A stretch of 64,000 bases of DNA from Ramazzottius varieornatus (Eukaryota; Animalia; Tardigrada), in contig BDGG01000016.1 of NCBI GenBank assembly GCA_001949185.1, positions 961,432 through 1,025,431 on the forward strand, written 5' to 3'. A program made the position numbers and the translations under genes. A model generated the notes under the pieces. The model was not told where the DNA came from. It was given only the letters and a program-made list of their open reading frames with translations, and did no database searches. Of this stretch, positions 59,688 to 64,000 are shown piece by piece. Positions within the stretch are counted from its first letter, which is position 1. Every line of letters begins with the position of its first letter.

Positions 59688-62164
59688 TTATTCCAAAAGC
59701 TCTTCCATCGACTGGTTAGAAGAGACTTCATTGACAATCTGTACATCAGGGAAGGTTATAGAAACATTACTCGTATTATTCACAGGTAACCTTGAGGGAG
59801 AAGGAATTTCGGAATGATGCGAAGGAGGACCTTCCAGTACGACGAGGGCTTGCTCGTCTCCGACACGTCGACTGGACACTGAAAGAACGTTGGGCATAGT
59901 AGGTGAAGAAGCAGGCACCACCTTACTGTTACTCGTAGTAGTACTCTGCGAACTCGTGTTGGTGTTCCGCAGAGCGCTTTCCGGAAGAGATCCTGTTCTG
60001 TAACGGCCGTCTTCCAGCGCGTGCATGTCGGATGTGAAGTCTCTTCGCCGGCGTTCAGCGGACGCGATCGAGTCCGGAAGAATATTGAGGGCATCGGGAA
60101 GGGTTATGGGGTTGGGAGGTGGCGAAGGACTGGGTGGTGTGGAGGGACGCGCTTCGGACTGGAACGTCTGGATGTAGATGACGCGGTTGTAGGTCTTCCA
60201 GCGCTTGCACAGCTGTATGTACATCTTACACTGCAAAGAGCAATGCCTTACTTCCGGATAAACGAGGTATATTACGAGATGTGGGCGGATGGTTCCACCC
60301 AGATCGTCATCTCAAGTGGCGTACGATTTCATTGCTATTGGCCGAAAGCGTGCGCCACTTGGGAAAGCGATCTGCGTGAATTCATCGCAGAAGTCCCATA
60401 TGATGAAAGGAGGGGAATCGTTACCTGGACATACATGAATACCACGCCACCAGTAAAACCGATCGCCACGACGATCAATTTGGTCCAGAAGGGCCATTCT
60501 AGCTCGCCTTTGGCGATCTCTTCCGTGGTACGGTCTATCAGGACGTACAGGCTCCAAACCACGCATGTGATGGCCACGACGTGGAACGTGACACTACAGA
60601 GGATCTTGCGACGTTCCACCGGACTCATGTCAAGCTTCTCCCACTACGAAGAAAATCATATATTCAATATTAAGAAAACGGGAGCTCGGAAACAATCTGG
60701 AAAAAATCTTTTTTCAATTGGCGCAAGTTTACATTGTATTCGGTTGAATGCGTGAACCACCTGGAAGAACCACCTAGCCAAGTTTTCCTAAGTGGCGCAC
60801 ATACTCTGTGCTATCGGATGGAGACATGCACCACTTGGAAAAACAGTCTTGTCAAGTTTGTTCGGTTATGTCAGAGACTATTCACCAAGAAAAGATTCAA
60901 AAGTCGGATTTGTTTCGTACTTTTGTCAAAGGTTTTGTCTTGCTCTGCATTCTGAACTCATATTTACACAGCTCGCAGGTTTTAGCTTGAGAGCTCTTGA
61001 TCCAACGTTGGAGGCACTTTTGATGGACGTATCTGTAGCACGAGACACAGGCTATCAAGCTTTGAACCTTGGTCAAGCAATGTTTGGCCGAGAGCAGGTC
61101 CAGTGTTTACCTGAGACTGCCTGAACAATGGCAGGGACTGATAAGGACAGCGTCGCAATCTGCTTCGCTGTGACAAATTCGGCATATTTCCGCGTTATTC
61201 GACTCGCACGTCGTCGAACTGACACTTCCGCTGCGTTGCAGCAAACTCGGCGCGTATTCCCCGGCTGCATCCTGAAAAACAACAAAAAACAGAATAAGGT
61301 CCCATTTCAATCAACGTAAGAATTCAATGGAATATTCCTGGAAATTCAATTTCGCTTGACTTTTTTATGGGCGTTATGTGATCGATTCCTCTTCAAAGAT
61401 AAGGAAGCTGCAATTAGCACAGGCAATAACTATGCAATCCTACAAGAAAGGAAAAGATCTGTGGGCCGTCTAGTCATCTCATTAATGGCGCTGAACGGAC
61501 CGATTCGAGCCAGAATCATTTCCGATGCTGTGCAAACGCAATGGGAAAAATCGATGGATGAAAGCCATCACTGCTGTCAAAGTGATATTTCACTCCGCTC
61601 CTACAGCATGTCTAATAAGACTTTGAGTTGAGTCGTTTGACCACTCAAATTTGCAATCAATCGGATCGCACATCGACAACAGAGGACCTAAAAGCAGGCA
61701 CGTGCCTTCCATTTCTAAATCTCTGCTTAACAATGGCCCAACGAGGCCACATTTCCCTTCGAGTGGCCACTCTTTCCCCAGAAAGCTCTGCTATACAGCC
61801 TGATCCCAACTAGAAACAGAACGCAAGATGCCAAAGAAAAGCGTGGACAAAGTGACAAGTATGCACAAGATTGTCTCCCGACAACTGAATCGTCAGACAC
61901 TGTAAATATTCTCAGAATACATGATCCCTCGCGCATGACGTCATAAAGCGTATGGCTAACACAGTGGACAAAAAATTTTAACACTTCAACACTAATGACG
62001 TCATCTGCCGATCGACACAGTAGTTAAGCTGCTCAAACCTTCTCGTCCTGCGTGTAGACCTTGTCAAGCGTCACCGATCCCGTACTGGTCGTGCAATGTA
62101 CCGTCTTTCGTTGACTTCGAGAACCGCTGCTGCTGTTCCCCGTGAAGATCTGCTGCAGAGGCAT
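59688..62164 (-). CDS. MARCHF8: E3 ubiquitin ligase MARCHF1/8 (RING-CH, 2 TM)
   Basis: MPLQQI start; [20 protein letters not shown]|[22 protein letters not shown]; [39 protein letters not shown]; [16 protein letters not shown]. Confidence 0.95.
60281..60397. mobile_element. Palindromic element, MARCHF intron
   Basis: Core plus arms. Confidence 0.8.
60679..60866. mobile_element. Palindromic element, 2-hairpin array, MARCHF intron
   Basis: Two cores. Confidence 0.8.
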
Positions 62165-64000
62165 CGTGCCTGTAGTTGCGAATGGGGATCAGGGTGATCG
62201 GAAGTTCAACAAGGCGAACGTAATGGAGCAATTAGCAGATCACAGTGTTGTCTTCAGCGTCCTTCACCCTCCGGACAGATCATTCTAAGGTTTCGAGATA
62301 TTTCCATATATTATTTTTCCTGTCGGGAAACAAGCATGTCAAACTAGTGTGTCAGTCGGAAACTTTCGTGAAGACAAAATCAGAAGCACCATACCAGTGG
62401 ATCATTCCGTCGATGGGTTTCCAAACACGGGCGCTGGGTTTTCCTCTCACAGTGTGAGCTATCCTCTGAGTCTGGAGGTACTGCTGTCCTAGGGCTTACA
62501 AGGGAAGAGAAGGTTAATCTGGAATGCGGAGCTTAGGACGATCGTGAACAGAAGAGGGCCAGAGGCCATGAAATTCCGAGCAAAAACGAAGTGCTATTTT
62601 CCTGGCCATGGATCTTGTTTACCAGCTGGCGTGACAAATCATGCATTCCATTCCACTTTGGCAGACTGTGGTATTCACTCTTGGCGTCGGTGTGGAGCTC
62701 CACTGCAATGGGATGAGGTAATGAGCATTCAATGTGATGTGCGCAATCCCGGCAGGTGGCGCGCATGGCACGAGCACTGACGCACAGTGTCCACCAAATG
62801 GGTTCCTCGGGTTCCCGGACGGTAACAGCTGTCAACAAGTCCGCACTTCCCGCCACATATTTTTTCTCGTTCTGTGGGGGAGCTTATGAGAGATAGGCAC
62901 AAGAAGTGGCCAGATGACGTTTTCAGTTAAGAAGATTGAACGTGGTTTCTTGATGCCAGTAGGAGCCTGGAGGATCCAGGCTGGCGCGCCCATTCCAGTT
63001 TTTTCCGTCACGCATACCAGGGAGTTTTTTCCGGTTGAACCAAGAGTCCAAGCTAGCAGAGCTTTTCTCTATGGAGTCTCGAGATTTCGGTTAAACTAAA
63101 CTGCGGATTCCGTCAAACTTTTCTGAATGAAACGAATTCTTTTCTGTGGATACACCTCGCTGGTTCTTCTGTTGGGTTCTTTGGATGCTCCGAGTTCGTT
63201 GGGTTCTTCACCAAAATCTTGGTAATCAACCGTTATGGGTTGCTCTTCGGAAGAACTGAATCGAGCTGGGGAACAGGAACGACTATATGGAAAGAGTCAT
63301 CGATACGCATCTGGGTCGATTCATGCAAATGACAGCCAAAGAATTCAAATCACAGTTTCGTAAAGTGGCCGTAACTACTCTAATGTACAGGCAGGCATAT
63401 TGTAAAATGACCGCTGGTCATTCCGCCTATTCTTATGCATCCATATCGAACCAGGAAGGAGAGAAGAGGTCGTTGGCCGATCAGCCAAACTCGATATGCT
63501 TTGTGGATTTAAGTAATGAGCAGGAAGAGAGAAGAGGGCAGCTTATAATGATGGATGGCGGAAGAGAGGAAGGAAGGAGGAAAGGCTTTGCGCGAAATGT
63601 GTGCTTGTTGGGTCAGCGTAAAGTTGAGTGACCACTGTCCAGTGTGTCGACCACATGCAACAGCCTGTTGCCCATGTCTTATTTCACTTTCATCCATCCC
63701 GCACCATCTGATCCATAACCGACATAGCCTCCCCGTCACAGCTGCGCATTCTTACATTCGGGCGAGGTGAATGAACTCACTTCTGCTTCTGCCTTGTCCA
63801 TCGAAACTATTTCCGGAAAGACAAAGTCTTCAAGTCGGTACTTGTTACGAGAAAGAAGGCAGAAAAGTCGAGTTTGTGGGAACGAGTCCAGCGGAAGAAA
63901 GGTGTGCAACTGTTGAAAGATGGTTGCATCAACAGACAATACCGCTTTGATTGGAAGACAAAAAGAGGAGAAGCGTGGGATCGGGACGTAAGGAAAGGAT

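Noticed and set aside
62245-64000. Short ORFs at the right end of the window
   Set aside because: No homology recognised; probably MARCHF 5' UTR, intron or intergenic sequence.

Overview
Gene-dense, intron-rich eukaryotic DNA from a compact invertebrate animal genome (metazoan-type genes, many ~50-80 nt introns). The exact taxon cannot be determined from the sequence. In order, the window holds: the 3' part of RPL21, EMC7, an otopetrin, a frameshifted MATH-BTB gene, a divergent voltage-sensor-only (Hv1/TMEM266-like) gene, an uncharacterised 4-TM gene, UBOX5/RNF37, mitochondrial LeuRS (LARS2), a fungal/bacterial-type hemerythrin-like (HHE) gene fused to hydrophilic G/S/Q/K repeats, an SLC23 nucleobase transporter, HGSNAT, HADH, DCAKD, a convergent SEC24C/D + SEC24A/B pair, MRPL1 and MARCHF1/8. 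A ~120-bp palindromic element (AAGTGGCGCAC-spacer-GTGCGCCACTT core) occurs at about 32 loci, about 25 of them in introns, often as 2-3-hairpin arrays. The most notable observations are: (1) the intron-containing HHE hemerythrin/hydrophilin fusion, an HGT candidate with paired CCACGTGGTC boxes upstream; (2) two anciently diverged SEC24 paralogues sharing a homologous N-terminal module in inverted orientation; (3) the intronic palindrome family; (4) a VSD protein lacking the Hv1 selectivity Asp; (5) an ACT-TGA-G break joining MATH and BTB in the +1 frame. Exon boundaries and repeat ends were read by eye and are approximate.
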